DNA of 64,000 nucleotides from Polyangiaceae bacterium (GTDB lineage Bacteria; Myxococcota_A; Polyangia; Polyangiales; Polyangiaceae): NCBI GenBank assembly GCA_044224495.1, contig JBGAKG010000027.1, positions 93,521 to 157,520 of the forward strand, read 5' to 3'. Shown piece by piece: positions 28,279 to 37,280 of this stretch (position 1 is its first letter; each line of letters starts with the position of its first letter). The notes under the pieces were generated by a model. It saw only the letters and a program-made list of their open reading frames with translations, ran no database searches and was not told where the DNA came from. The position numbers and the translations under genes were made by a program.

Positions 28279-29684
28279 TTGCCGCCCGGCGCTCGACGCG
28301 CGCGCTGCTGGACGATCTCCAGTGCCGCGACGCGGTACGCCTCCGCGAGCGTCGGGAAGTTGAAGATGGTCTCGACGAGCTGGTCGACGCGGAAGCCGGC
28401 TTGGATCGCGAGTTGGCCGATGCCGACGAGCTCCGCAGCGCCCTCGCCGACGACGTGCGCGCCGAGGATGCGCTCGCCGGCGCCGTCGGCGACGAGCTTG
28501 AGGAACCCGCCTTCGGTCGCGGCGATCATGCCGCGCGTGATCTCCGAGAACGACGCTCGCCCGACCAGGACGTCGCCGTGCCGCGCGCGCGCCTCGGCTT
28601 CGCCGAGCCCGATGCTCGCCATCTCCGGGATCGCATAGACGCCGGTCGGGATCAGCTCGGCGGCCGGTCCGGGGTCGAGGCCGAGCGCGTCGCACACGGC
28701 GCGGCGCCCTTGCTCGGTGGACGACGCCGCGAGCGAGGGAGGGCCGATGACGTCGCCGACGGCCCAGATCCCCTGCACGGCGGTCCGACAGCGCTCGTCC
28801 ACCGCCAGGAGCCCGCGCTCCGTCGGCACGAGGCCCGCCGCGTCGAGCGCGAGCCCCTCGAGGTTCGCGATCCGACCGAGCGCGCACATGAGCTTGTCGG
28901 CGCCGAGCTCGGTGCCGTCGTCGAGGACGACGCGAACGCGATCGACGCCGTTCCACTCGACCAAGGTCGGCCGGCGCCCGCCGATGAAGCGCCCGCCGAG
29001 TGCGCCGAAGCCCTCGACGAAACGCGCCGTGAGCTCGGGCTCGACGAACGACACCGGGCGCGGCGCCTTGTCGATCATGGTCACGGCGACGCCGAGCGCC
29101 GCGAAGATCGATGCGTACTCGCTCGCGATCACCCCCGCGCCGAGCACGATGAGCGAGCGCGGCAAGTAGGTGAGCGACAGGATGGAGTCGCTGTCCAGGA
29201 TGTGCTCGTGGTCGATCGGGATCTCCGGCGGGCTCCGCGGCCGCGACCCGGTCGCGATCACGATCGCACCCGCATCGACGCGGCGCCGCTCGCCGCGGAC
29301 GGTGCGGAGCTCGATCGCATCGCGCGCGACGAAGCGTGCCCGCCCGTGCAGGAGCGTGACGCCCGCCTCGCGCAGCTTCTGACCCATCACGCGCTCGTGC
29401 GCGGAGACCACGTCTCCGACGCGCTTCATCAACGCGGCGACGCGGACGTCCTCCGGAACCTCGGTCACGAGGACGCCGCCGGTCTTGCGCGCGAACGCCG
29501 AGAACGCGAGGGCGGTCTCGCGGAGCGTCTTCGAAGGGATCGTCCCGCGCGTGACGCCCGCGCCACCGACGGCGGCGTCTTGCTCGACGACGGCGACGCT
29601 CCGCCCGGCGGCGGCCGCCGTCAGCGCGGCGCGATGCCCAGCCGGGCCCGCGCCGATGACGACGACGTCCCATCGATCGGTCAT
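28275..29684 (-). CDS. pyridine nucleotide-disulfide oxidoreductase without redox-active disulfide (soluble transhydrogenase SthA-like)
   Basis: DVVVIGAGPAG FAD fold; GGAGVTRGTIPSK replaces the CxxxxC of lipoamide dehydrogenases; NAD fold LIVLGAGVIASEYA; dimerisation domain; ATGA overlap with upstream HDOD gene. Confidence 0.75.
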   Translation of the reverse strand: MTDRWDVVVIGAGPAGHRAALTAAAAGRSVAVVEQDAAVGGAGVTRGTIPSKTLRETALAFSAFARKTGGVLVTEVPEDVRVAALMKRVGDVVSAHERVMGQKLREAGVTLLHGRARFVARDAIELRTVRGERRRVDAGAIVIATGSRPRSPPEIPIDHEHILDSDSILSLTYLPRSLIVLGAGVIASEYASIFAALGVAVTMIDKAPRPVSFVEPELTARFVEGFGALGGRFIGGRRPTLVEWNGVDRVRVVLDDGTELGADKLMCALGRIANLEGLALDAAGLVPTERGLLAVDERCRTAVQGIWAVGDVIGPPSLAASSTEQGRRAVCDALGLDPGPAAELIPTGVYAIPEMASIGLGEAEARARHGDVLVGRASFSEITRGMIAATEGGFLKLVADGAGERILGAHVVGEGAAELVGIGQLAIQAGFRVDQLVETIFNFPTLAEAYRVAALEIVQQRARRAPGGN

Positions 29685-30523
29685 GCGCTGGCCCTCGCGA
29701 CGTGGTCGCCTCGCGCGACGAGCCGGTCGACGTCTTCGGGGTAGAAGTTGAGCGCGGCGGCGAACGGGTGCGCGTCGAGGCACTCGCGCTCCATCGGCGC
29801 ATCGCCGAGGGCGAAATGCGCGAGGTCGTCCGCGAGCCGGACGACGTGCACGCCCGGGGAGGCGCTCGTGAGATCGTGGTGGCCGGCGATGGTCTCGCCT
29901 AGCGCAGGTGGGAGCTTCCACGTCGCCGCGAGCGAGCGCCCCGCGATCGGGTGCAGCTCCGCGACGAGCTTCCACACGGCCGCCGGGCGGATCTGGACCT
30001 CCTTCGCAGCCGGGCCCTTCGCGTCGAGGATCGCCTGGAGCACGATGGGCTTCCCGACGTCGTGGAGGAGCCCCGTGAGGAACGCCTCTTCGACGTTGCG
30101 GCGCCGCATGCGGGCGATCTCCTCCGCGAAGAGCGCCGTCGCGAGCGCGTGCCGGAAGAGGAGCGCGAGCTCGCGCGCGTAGCCGCGCACGTCGAACACG
30201 CGGGTCCGCATCGAGATCGCGAGCGCGATCTCGCGGACCTTCCCCATCCCGAGGCGGCTCACCGCCTGCGGCAGCGACACGATCGCGGTCGGCGGAGAGA
30301 ACATCGCCGAGTTCGCCATCCGAAGGACGTGGCTGGCGAGCGACTGATCGCGACGCATGAGCTCGGCGATGGCCTTGGCGTCGGAGCGCTCGTCCGCGCA
30401 GGCGGAGAGCACCCGCTGGACCGACTCGCTCAGGAGCGGCAGCGCGAGCGTGTCGTTCGCGAGGCGCTCGCGGAGCTCGTCACCGAGATCCTCGACGCCG
30501 GGGAGATCTTCGCCGTCACCCAT
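29681..30523 (-). CDS. HDOD domain protein
   Basis: HDOD N-terminal signature LALPLLSESVQRVLSACADERSDAKAIAELMRRDQSLASHVLRMANSAMF plus HD-like LLHDVGKPIV. Confidence 0.7.
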   Translation of the reverse strand: MGDGEDLPGVEDLGDELRERLANDTLALPLLSESVQRVLSACADERSDAKAIAELMRRDQSLASHVLRMANSAMFSPPTAIVSLPQAVSRLGMGKVREIALAISMRTRVFDVRGYARELALLFRHALATALFAEEIARMRRRNVEEAFLTGLLHDVGKPIVLQAILDAKGPAAKEVQIRPAAVWKLVAELHPIAGRSLAATWKLPPALGETIAGHHDLTSASPGVHVVRLADDLAHFALGDAPMERECLDAHPFAAALNFYPEDVDRLVARGDHVARASA

Positions 30524-30965
30524 CGGCTTCTCTCGGATGCAGACAGGGTGCCAACGACGGACCGGCTGGATCGTGGTGATTCGCGCGGATCGGTCGAGCC
30601 GGCGCGTCAGCCGAACGACGATCGTCATCCGGCTGGCGGTCGAGCACCAGCTCGGGCACGCAGCCGGCGTCGTCGAGATCGGCCCGGAGGACGGTCAGAT
30701 CCTCCAGGAGCTCGAGCAGGATCGCTTCGAACCCACGGTTCCCGAGCACGACGATCGACTCCCCCGCGGTGCGACGCGAACGCTTGAGCCCGCGCGCGGC
30801 CTCCTTCAAGCGGTTCGCGAGGACGGGGAGTCGATCGGCGACACGGCCGAGCTGGTCCGCCGACACGGCCGGGTCCGCGAGCAACGACAGGATCTCGTGG
30901 AGGAGCGGCAGCTTCTCCAGATCCGACGGCTCGACCCGCGTGCGCAGCGGAAGATGGGTGTCCAT
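30516..30965 (-). CDS. small ORF with HDOD-like N-terminal half (possible truncated paralog or frameshifted gene)
   Basis: LPLLHEILSLLADPAVSADQLGRVADRLPVLANRL...IVVLGNRGFEAILLELL resembles the first half of HDOD; C-terminal tail overlaps next gene start and looks low-complexity. Confidence 0.35.
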   Translation of the reverse strand: MDTHLPLRTRVEPSDLEKLPLLHEILSLLADPAVSADQLGRVADRLPVLANRLKEAARGLKRSRRTAGESIVVLGNRGFEAILLELLEDLTVLRADLDDAGCVPELVLDRQPDDDRRSADAPARPIRANHHDPAGPSLAPCLHPREADG

Positions 30966-31003
30966 CCAGGAACGACGTACGGTCGCGCGCGGGCGAGCTT
31001 CAA

Positions 31004-32998
31004 TCAGGCGCGCTTCTTCGGCAGCACCTCGGCGACGACCGTTCCCGCTCCGACCGGGAGCGAACCGACGAGCCGCTCGACGACCTCGCTCACGCTCTCT
31101 CCCCCGAGGATCGCGAGCGGCGCGACGTTCTTCGAGAGCTCGGCGGCGAGCTTCTGGTTTCCGAGCATCTTCAAGGTGGTGACGAGCTCCGGCTGGATCG
31201 CCGCCATCTGCTCCTTGAAGACGTGCGCCCGCGCCTCGAGCTGCTTCCGCTCGAGCTCGTGCTCGCGTGCGAGCGCGTCCGCCTTGGCCGCGGCACCCAC
31301 GCCGTACGCCTCGGCCTCGACCCGCGCACGCTCGAGCCGCTCCGAGGCTTCCAAGTCGAGTTGGGACTTCGCCTGTGCCAAGACGAACAGGCGGCGACGC
31401 TCCTCGTGCGCGATCGCACGCCCGAGGGTCTCGATCTGGGCGTCGTAGACCGCGCGGCTCACCTCTTCCTTGAGCCGCTCGGTGTCCAGGCGCAGCATCT
31501 CCTGGCGCCGGTTCACGTCGGCCACGATCGCGTTGCGCTGCGCGTCACCGATGAGGCTCTGCACCTCTTCGTCCAGGATTCGAACGTCGAGGACCTCCAC
31601 GTCGTAGATCCAGAGCCCGTTCTCCTCGAAGTAGCGGCCGGGGCGGGGCTCGCTCCCGACCTTCTCGCCCAGCACGGCACCGCGCAGGATCTCGGTCGAC
31701 GCCCGATAGAACGCCTCGAGCGGCGTGGAGCGGACTGCGGCGCGGAGGAGAGAGCCCGCGTGATCGCACAGGAGCGCGACGTAGTCCTTCACTTGGAACC
31801 AACGGAGCGTGCCGTCCTTCGCGGGCAGGAAGGAGACGCGGTACGACACCGACACCTCGACCTCGTTGTGATCGGCGGTCTTCAGCGTGAGCGTGTCGGA
31901 CACCTTGTTGCCGTCGATCTGGAGGAAGCAGGTGCGGAGCTTCTGCTCCGCCGACTTGGGGTTGCCGGTGGAGAGCTCGAGGATCTCGAGCTCCTCGTCA
32001 TGGCCGAGGATGCGCGTCTCCGGACCGCGCACCACCTCGCGTGCGCCGCGCCCGACGACCTGCACCGCGAAGCCGCTCGGGATCGCGACCGCGACGGCGC
32101 GCCCGTTCTCCTGGCGCGCGTTCCACAGCTTCCGGACCGCCTCGCCGACCGGCCGCGGCACGATCTCGACCCGCGTCGGATCGGGCAGGAAGTTCACCGG
32201 GCCCACGACCGTGTCGATGTGGCCGGTGGCGAGATCGCGCACGTACACGCCGTCGCCGGCGGCGATCGGGATCGCGCGGACATAACCGACGACCTCGACG
32301 TGCTCGGTCGGGAAGAAGTAGCCCTCGCGGTTGGCGAGGAACACGTCCTGCCCGGCCTCGTAGCGACCGGGCGGCACTTGGTCGCCCGCTTCGGCGACGA
32401 ACGACTTCGCGACGCGCAGGTGCAGGCCGGTCGACTTCACGAGCCGATGAGCGAGCCGCACGAACGAGCCATCGGACTGCGGGATGACCTCGAGCCCGGT
32501 CGGCGGAACGTAGTAGGTCGTGTCGGTCCCGCGCACGACGTAGACGTTGCCGATCGTGTGGCCGTCGAGGTGATCGTAGCAACGCAGGAGCAGGTACTGA
32601 TCCTCGCGCAGCACGTGACCGCTGATCACGCGCGCGCGCTGGCCCGGCCAGAGGGGGAACGTGGCAGGCCCGGGGACCACGATCCGGCGCCCGACGAGGA
32701 GCTCGACGGCGCTGTTGTTTCCCTTCGTCGCGCGGACGTTCGGATCCTTCGGCGGGTTCTCGAGCACGATGTACTGCGACGAGGACGCCGCGACGAACGC
32801 GCTCACGCCGCCGCCCTCGTCGCCGCGCAGAGGAACGAAGCGCCCTTCGCGGAAGTCGACGAGCCGCTCGGTGTTGGAGAGGCTGATCTTGGTGGGCCCG
32901 ACGTAGAGGACGATGTCGCCCTTCGTCAGATCTTGGACGTAGGCGTACTCGTTGGACGCCACGAGGATGTCGCGCTCACGGATGTCTCGATCGCTCAT
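31004..32998 (-). CDS. major vault protein (MVP) homolog
   Basis: N-terminal MVP-type repeats (YAYVQDLTKGDIVLYVGPTKISL; FPLWPGQ resembling eukaryotic FPLYPGE); shoulder region LKTADHNEVEVSVSYRVSF resembling eukaryotic IETADHARLQLQLAYNWHF; long C-terminal coiled-coil (cap-helix-like). Confidence 0.75.
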   Translation of the reverse strand: MSDRDIRERDILVASNEYAYVQDLTKGDIVLYVGPTKISLSNTERLVDFREGRFVPLRGDEGGGVSAFVAASSSQYIVLENPPKDPNVRATKGNNSAVELLVGRRIVVPGPATFPLWPGQRARVISGHVLREDQYLLLRCYDHLDGHTIGNVYVVRGTDTTYYVPPTGLEVIPQSDGSFVRLAHRLVKSTGLHLRVAKSFVAEAGDQVPPGRYEAGQDVFLANREGYFFPTEHVEVVGYVRAIPIAAGDGVYVRDLATGHIDTVVGPVNFLPDPTRVEIVPRPVGEAVRKLWNARQENGRAVAVAIPSGFAVQVVGRGAREVVRGPETRILGHDEELEILELSTGNPKSAEQKLRTCFLQIDGNKVSDTLTLKTADHNEVEVSVSYRVSFLPAKDGTLRWFQVKDYVALLCDHAGSLLRAAVRSTPLEAFYRASTEILRGAVLGEKVGSEPRPGRYFEENGLWIYDVEVLDVRILDEEVQSLIGDAQRNAIVADVNRRQEMLRLDTERLKEEVSRAVYDAQIETLGRAIAHEERRRLFVLAQAKSQLDLEASERLERARVEAEAYGVGAAAKADALAREHELERKQLEARAHVFKEQMAAIQPELVTTLKMLGNQKLAAELSKNVAPLAILGGESVSEVVERLVGSLPVGAGTVVAEVLPKKRA

Positions 32999-33107
32999 GC
33001 GCGACCGTAGAGCACGGCGCGTGCCGCGCGCTTTTCAGCCGAGAACGCGCTGACTCGCGATGCGCCGCGCTCCACGATGGAGCGGCGGCGCTCCGTTCCC
33101 GATCAGC

Positions 33108-33620
33108 TCAGAAGCACTGCGTCGCGAAGTTGGCGACCGCGTTGCTCGCGCAGAAGGTGACCTTCTGGTTGCCCTGCTGGAAGTCGCAGCACTTCGGGAA
33201 CCCCTGCTCCGTGCAGTCGGCGGGCTTCGCGCAGAAGCGCACCGTCTCCGTCACGCTGCACGAGAAGGCGAGCTTCGTGGTGCAGGTGGACTTGCACGCG
33301 CTGGCGAGCGAGCTGATCGGACAGTTCGGTGGTTGCCCCGCACCGAGCACGAGGTCCGCGCAGCAGATGCCGCCATCGCACCCCGACGGGTCCTTGCAGG
33401 CGAAGCTCGCGTCGGGCACGGCCACGTCGAACCCGCTCGCGTCGAACCCGCCGCTGTCGTTGGTCGTGGCGTCCTGATTCGAGGAGCCGTCGTTGACGGA
33501 CTGATCGGCGGTGCCGGTGTCCTTGCTGTTGCTCGCATCGGGGACGGACGTGCTGTCGTCGCCTCCGCAGCCGAAGAACACGAGGCAGCACAAGACGAGG
33601 AAGTCGTTACGGTGCTTCAT
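33108..33620 (-). CDS. Cys-rich secreted lipoprotein
   Basis: Lipobox VFFGCGGDD; D/S/T-rich linker; ~20 Cys in the C-terminal domain. Confidence 0.55.
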   Translation of the reverse strand: MKHRNDFLVLCCLVFFGCGGDDSTSVPDASNSKDTGTADQSVNDGSSNQDATTNDSGGFDASGFDVAVPDASFACKDPSGCDGGICCADLVLGAGQPPNCPISSLASACKSTCTTKLAFSCSVTETVRFCAKPADCTEQGFPKCCDFQQGNQKVTFCASNAVANFATQCF

Positions 33621-33652
33621 CTCCTCAGCCTACGCTCACTTCGCGGCGCGGA

Positions 33653-34618
33653 CTACTTGCTGACGTCCGCCATCGTGCGCGGATAGATCTCGAGGTACTT
33701 GGCGACGGCGCCGTCGGTCGGGGGAACGAACAAGCCGAACACGCCGGCGACGTAGAAGAACTTGGTCTTCAGGGCGTTCGTCAGCCCGGTGAACACGGCG
33801 CCGGGGAGGAAGAACGGGCTCAGGCTCACGATGTCCGTGCCGGCGTCGGAGCCGCCGCCGTCGAACTGGGCGTTGCCGAGGCCGAACGTTTCGCCCGGCG
33901 TACCCGGCGTACCGATCACGTTGTCGACCTTCACGAGGAGCGGGCCGATGGTGTTCTCGTACGCGTTGACGGTGAGGTCGGAGAGCAGCACGCCGCTGAT
34001 GGGGGCCGGTGCTCCCGAGCCCACCTTCTTCGCGCAGCCCGGCTGGATGCTGTTCACTTGCACGAGCAGCTCGTTCTGCCCGCCGAGCGTGTAGCGCTGC
34101 GCGTAGCCGAGCGCGTCGACCTTGTCGCCGACCTGGAGGGTGGTGAAGTACTGGGCCGCGGGCGCCGAGATCAGCATCTTGATGCCGTGCTTGGCCCCCA
34201 GCGCGAGTGACGCGTAGGTCTCGTCCTGCTGGAGATAGATCTGGCACGCCTGATTGGCGGTGCACGCGCCGCGCGAGATGGCGGTGACGTAGACGCCGGG
34301 GAGCCACGTCTCGAGCGGCTGGGTCGGGTTGTCGGTCCAGACGCCGGGGATGGAGTTGGACTTCGCGGTGCTCGGCTTCGTGTTGCAGTCCGGCCAGACG
34401 AACACGGCGCCGTCGCCGTCGGGCTTCGCGTCCGGAGCGGCATCCACGACGACGTTCACGTCCTTCGGCGCGTCGACCCCGGTGTCCTTCACGAGCTGCA
34501 CGTCCGATCCGGAATCGGCGACCGGGAGGACGACCTCACCGCCATCACCGCACCCAGCGGCGAGGCCGCAAGCGAGCGAAAACGAGCTCAAGGCGAAGAG
34601 AAGAAACGAACGACGCAT
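33653..34618 (-). CDS. hypothetical lipoprotein
   Basis: Lipobox SLACGLAAGC; protein-like 321-aa ORF. Confidence 0.55.
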   Translation of the reverse strand: MRRSFLLFALSSFSLACGLAAGCGDGGEVVLPVADSGSDVQLVKDTGVDAPKDVNVVVDAAPDAKPDGDGAVFVWPDCNTKPSTAKSNSIPGVWTDNPTQPLETWLPGVYVTAISRGACTANQACQIYLQQDETYASLALGAKHGIKMLISAPAAQYFTTLQVGDKVDALGYAQRYTLGGQNELLVQVNSIQPGCAKKVGSGAPAPISGVLLSDLTVNAYENTIGPLLVKVDNVIGTPGTPGETFGLGNAQFDGGGSDAGTDIVSLSPFFLPGAVFTGLTNALKTKFFYVAGVFGLFVPPTDGAVAKYLEIYPRTMADVSK

Positions 34619-34907
34619 GATCCGCGGCCATGTAGCACAAGGTGAGTGCGACGCAATCCCGACCTGAGGTCGGCGGTGGGAACCCGAGCCCGGCCCAGAC
34701 GAGGACGTGCACGGGTACGTGCACGAGGACGATGGATCGTGCAGGGGCTACGACGACGACTACGGCCACGAGTAGGGATCACGTGGACGACGGATCGAGG
34801 ACGTTCTTCGTTCACCGACGACGCGAAGCTACTGACGGTCTCCTGCGCGCTCTCGAATTCCGCATTCCCGTTCCCGTTCTCTACTCCGGATTCGTCTTTT
34901 TTCTTCT

Positions 34908-36443
34908 TCAGCGAAGCAGCGCCTCGAGAGCGGCTTGATCGCCCTTCTCGAACGCCACCTCCGCTCGCAGGCTCGCCTCGTCGCGGCCGATCGTCAGCAC
35001 CGCTCGCACCTTGCCGCCTTCGCGGTAGCCGACGATGGCGTCGCGCTTCGAGAGATCGCCGACCACGATCGGGCGCTCGAACTTCTCCGCGTGGCCCACG
35101 TAGGAGAGCGTCACGTCGTGGTGCTGGCTCCAGAAGAACGGCACGTTCCCACCCTTCGACGCACGACCCAGGATCCGGCGCGCGGCTTGTTGGCCGTGAC
35201 GCACCGCGACCGCGAAGTGCTCGATCCGCACGCTGCCGCCGTCCCACGGGAAGCGCGCGACGTCCCCGATCGCGTAGACCTCCTGCGCCGCCGTCTTCAG
35301 GGTCTCGTCCACGACGATGCCGCGATCGACCGCGAGCCCCATCGCCTCCGCCAGCGCCGTGCGCGGCCGCACGCCCACGCCGACGACCACGAGCTCCGCC
35401 GGGAGCGACGTGCCGTCCTCGAGCTCGACGGTGCTCGCGGTGATCTTCGCCGGCTTCGTCCCCAGCTTGAACTTCGTTCCGTTCGCTTCGTGCACGCTCC
35501 GCACGAACGTGCCCACCTCGTCGCCGACGACCCGCGCGAGCGGGACCGCCTCGGGCCCGACCACCGTCACGTCGAGGCCGCGCGCACGGAGCGACGCCGC
35601 CGCCTCGAGCCCGATGAAGCTCGCGCCGATCACGACCGCGCGCTTCGCCTGCTTCGCGCCTTCGATGATCCCGCGCGCGTCCGCCAGCGTGCGCAGCGAG
35701 TGGACGTGCGGGAGCTCGGCGCCCGGGAGCGCGAGCTTGATCGCCTCGGCCCCGGTGGCGAGGACGAGCGCACCGAAGCCGACCTCGCGCCCGCTCTTCA
35801 GCGCGAGCTTTCGCGCAGCGAGGTCCACGCTGGTCACCGCATCGTCGGCGACGAGCTCGATCGACTGCCCCGCGAACTGCTCGCGCGTGCGGAGCGGGAT
35901 CCACTCCTCCGGTGCGTTGCCCGCCAGGTAGTCCTTCGAGAGGTTCGGCCGATCGACGGGGCCCGGCTGCTCGGCACCGATCACCGTGATCGTCCCGAGG
36001 TAGCCGTCGGCCCGCAACGCGACCGCGCACGCCGTGCCCGCCGGTCCAGCGCCCACGATCGCGACGGAGACGGGACCGCCGGTGGGCGACGTGCGCTTCA
36101 CCGACTTCTTCGCCTTGCCGATCTTCACGAGGTTCCCCTCGCGCGTCACGTCGTAGCAAGGAAGCGGGTTGATCGCGGGACCGCCGATCGGATCGCCGGT
36201 GCGCAGATCGAAGCAGGCGTGATGCCACGGGCAACGCACGGTCTGTCCATCGACGATCCCGTCCGCGAGCGGAGCTCCGTAGTGAGAGCACGTCGCGCCG
36301 AGCGCAAAGATTGCGGTGCCCTGCCGCACCACGATCACGCCATCCTCACCGACGTGCCCCACGAGCGGTTTTCCGTCGACGAGCTGGTCGATCGGAAACG
36401 GAGTCTCGAGGTCGGGTCCAGTGATCTTCGGCGCGTCACCCAT
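34908..36443 (-). CDS. Rieske [2Fe-2S] domain fused to FAD-dependent pyridine nucleotide-disulfide oxidoreductase (ferredoxin reductase/AIF-like)
   Basis: Rieske boxes CSHYGAPL and CPWHHACF; FAD fold VAIVGAGPAG; NAD fold AVVIGASFIGLE; ATG 36443 by codon count. Confidence 0.75.
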   Translation of the reverse strand: MGDAPKITGPDLETPFPIDQLVDGKPLVGHVGEDGVIVVRQGTAIFALGATCSHYGAPLADGIVDGQTVRCPWHHACFDLRTGDPIGGPAINPLPCYDVTREGNLVKIGKAKKSVKRTSPTGGPVSVAIVGAGPAGTACAVALRADGYLGTITVIGAEQPGPVDRPNLSKDYLAGNAPEEWIPLRTREQFAGQSIELVADDAVTSVDLAARKLALKSGREVGFGALVLATGAEAIKLALPGAELPHVHSLRTLADARGIIEGAKQAKRAVVIGASFIGLEAAASLRARGLDVTVVGPEAVPLARVVGDEVGTFVRSVHEANGTKFKLGTKPAKITASTVELEDGTSLPAELVVVGVGVRPRTALAEAMGLAVDRGIVVDETLKTAAQEVYAIGDVARFPWDGGSVRIEHFAVAVRHGQQAARRILGRASKGGNVPFFWSQHHDVTLSYVGHAEKFERPIVVGDLSKRDAIVGYREGGKVRAVLTIGRDEASLRAEVAFEKGDQAALEALLR

Positions 36444-36490
36444 GAATGCCTCCGTCGACGACTCTAGATCACGTGGTAGGATTTCGCGCG

Positions 36491-37189
36491 ATGCTTCATC
36501 GCTGGTGCCTCGCGATCGCGAGCGTCTGCTTTCTCGGTTGCAGCAGTGACGAGTTCGTGAGCGGAGACGCCTCGGCCGACGGCGCACCCGACGTGGCCGC
36601 CGACGGCTGCACCGATCTCGCGTTCTGCGCCGACAAATGCGGGAGCGGGCTCGCGGACGGCTGCGGTCGCTCGCGCGATTGCGGGACGTGCGGCGACGGG
36701 CAGACCTGCGACGGCAACACGCACAAGTGCACCTGCGCGCGCGTCCCACTCGCGGTCTGGTGCACCGCCAAGTGCGGGAAGGTGAACGACAACTGCGGCA
36801 TCCAGGTGGACTGCGGCGGTTGCGATGGTGGCCAGTGCACCAACGGCTCCTGCTCCGGGTGCGTCGACGACGGCTCCGCGTGCACGAACAAGACGTGCGG
36901 CACCGCGACGAACAACTGCGGGCAGACGGTGAACTGCGGGAGCTGCAGCGGCAGCCTCAAGTGCTGCAGCGGCACGTGCGTGGACACGGCGACGTCGTTC
37001 GCGAACTGTGGCGGTTGCGGCAAGAGCTGCTCGCCAATCCAACACGCGGACACGTGCGAGAACGGCGGCTGCACCTGCGTGGGCCATCAATCGAACTCGA
37101 ACCCCGCGAGCTGCGGCCCGTGCGGAACCATCGGCATGAACTGCATTGCGGGCGGCCGCCCCAACTGCACCAACGGCATCTGCTTCTGA
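36491..37189 (+). CDS. Cys-rich repeat lipoprotein
   Basis: Lipobox CFLGCSSDE; repeated CGxCxxGxxC modules (myxobacterial Cys-repeat style). Confidence 0.55.
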   Translation: MLHRWCLAIASVCFLGCSSDEFVSGDASADGAPDVAADGCTDLAFCADKCGSGLADGCGRSRDCGTCGDGQTCDGNTHKCTCARVPLAVWCTAKCGKVNDNCGIQVDCGGCDGGQCTNGSCSGCVDDGSACTNKTCGTATNNCGQTVNCGSCSGSLKCCSGTCVDTATSFANCGGCGKSCSPIQHADTCENGGCTCVGHQSNSNPASCGPCGTIGMNCIAGGRPNCTNGICF

Positions 37190-37280
37190 CGACTGTAGGC
37201 GGCCCCCGCACCTCTCCTCACACCGCCAACGAACACGTGCCCTTCCCTCTCCGCGCCGGGCGTGGGAGAAATGCCGCGCC

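Noticed and set aside
26287-29802. 1171-aa minus ORF
   Set aside because: Only the C-terminal 378 residues (from ATG 27423) are protein-like. The upstream part is antisense to the MTase and SthA-like genes.
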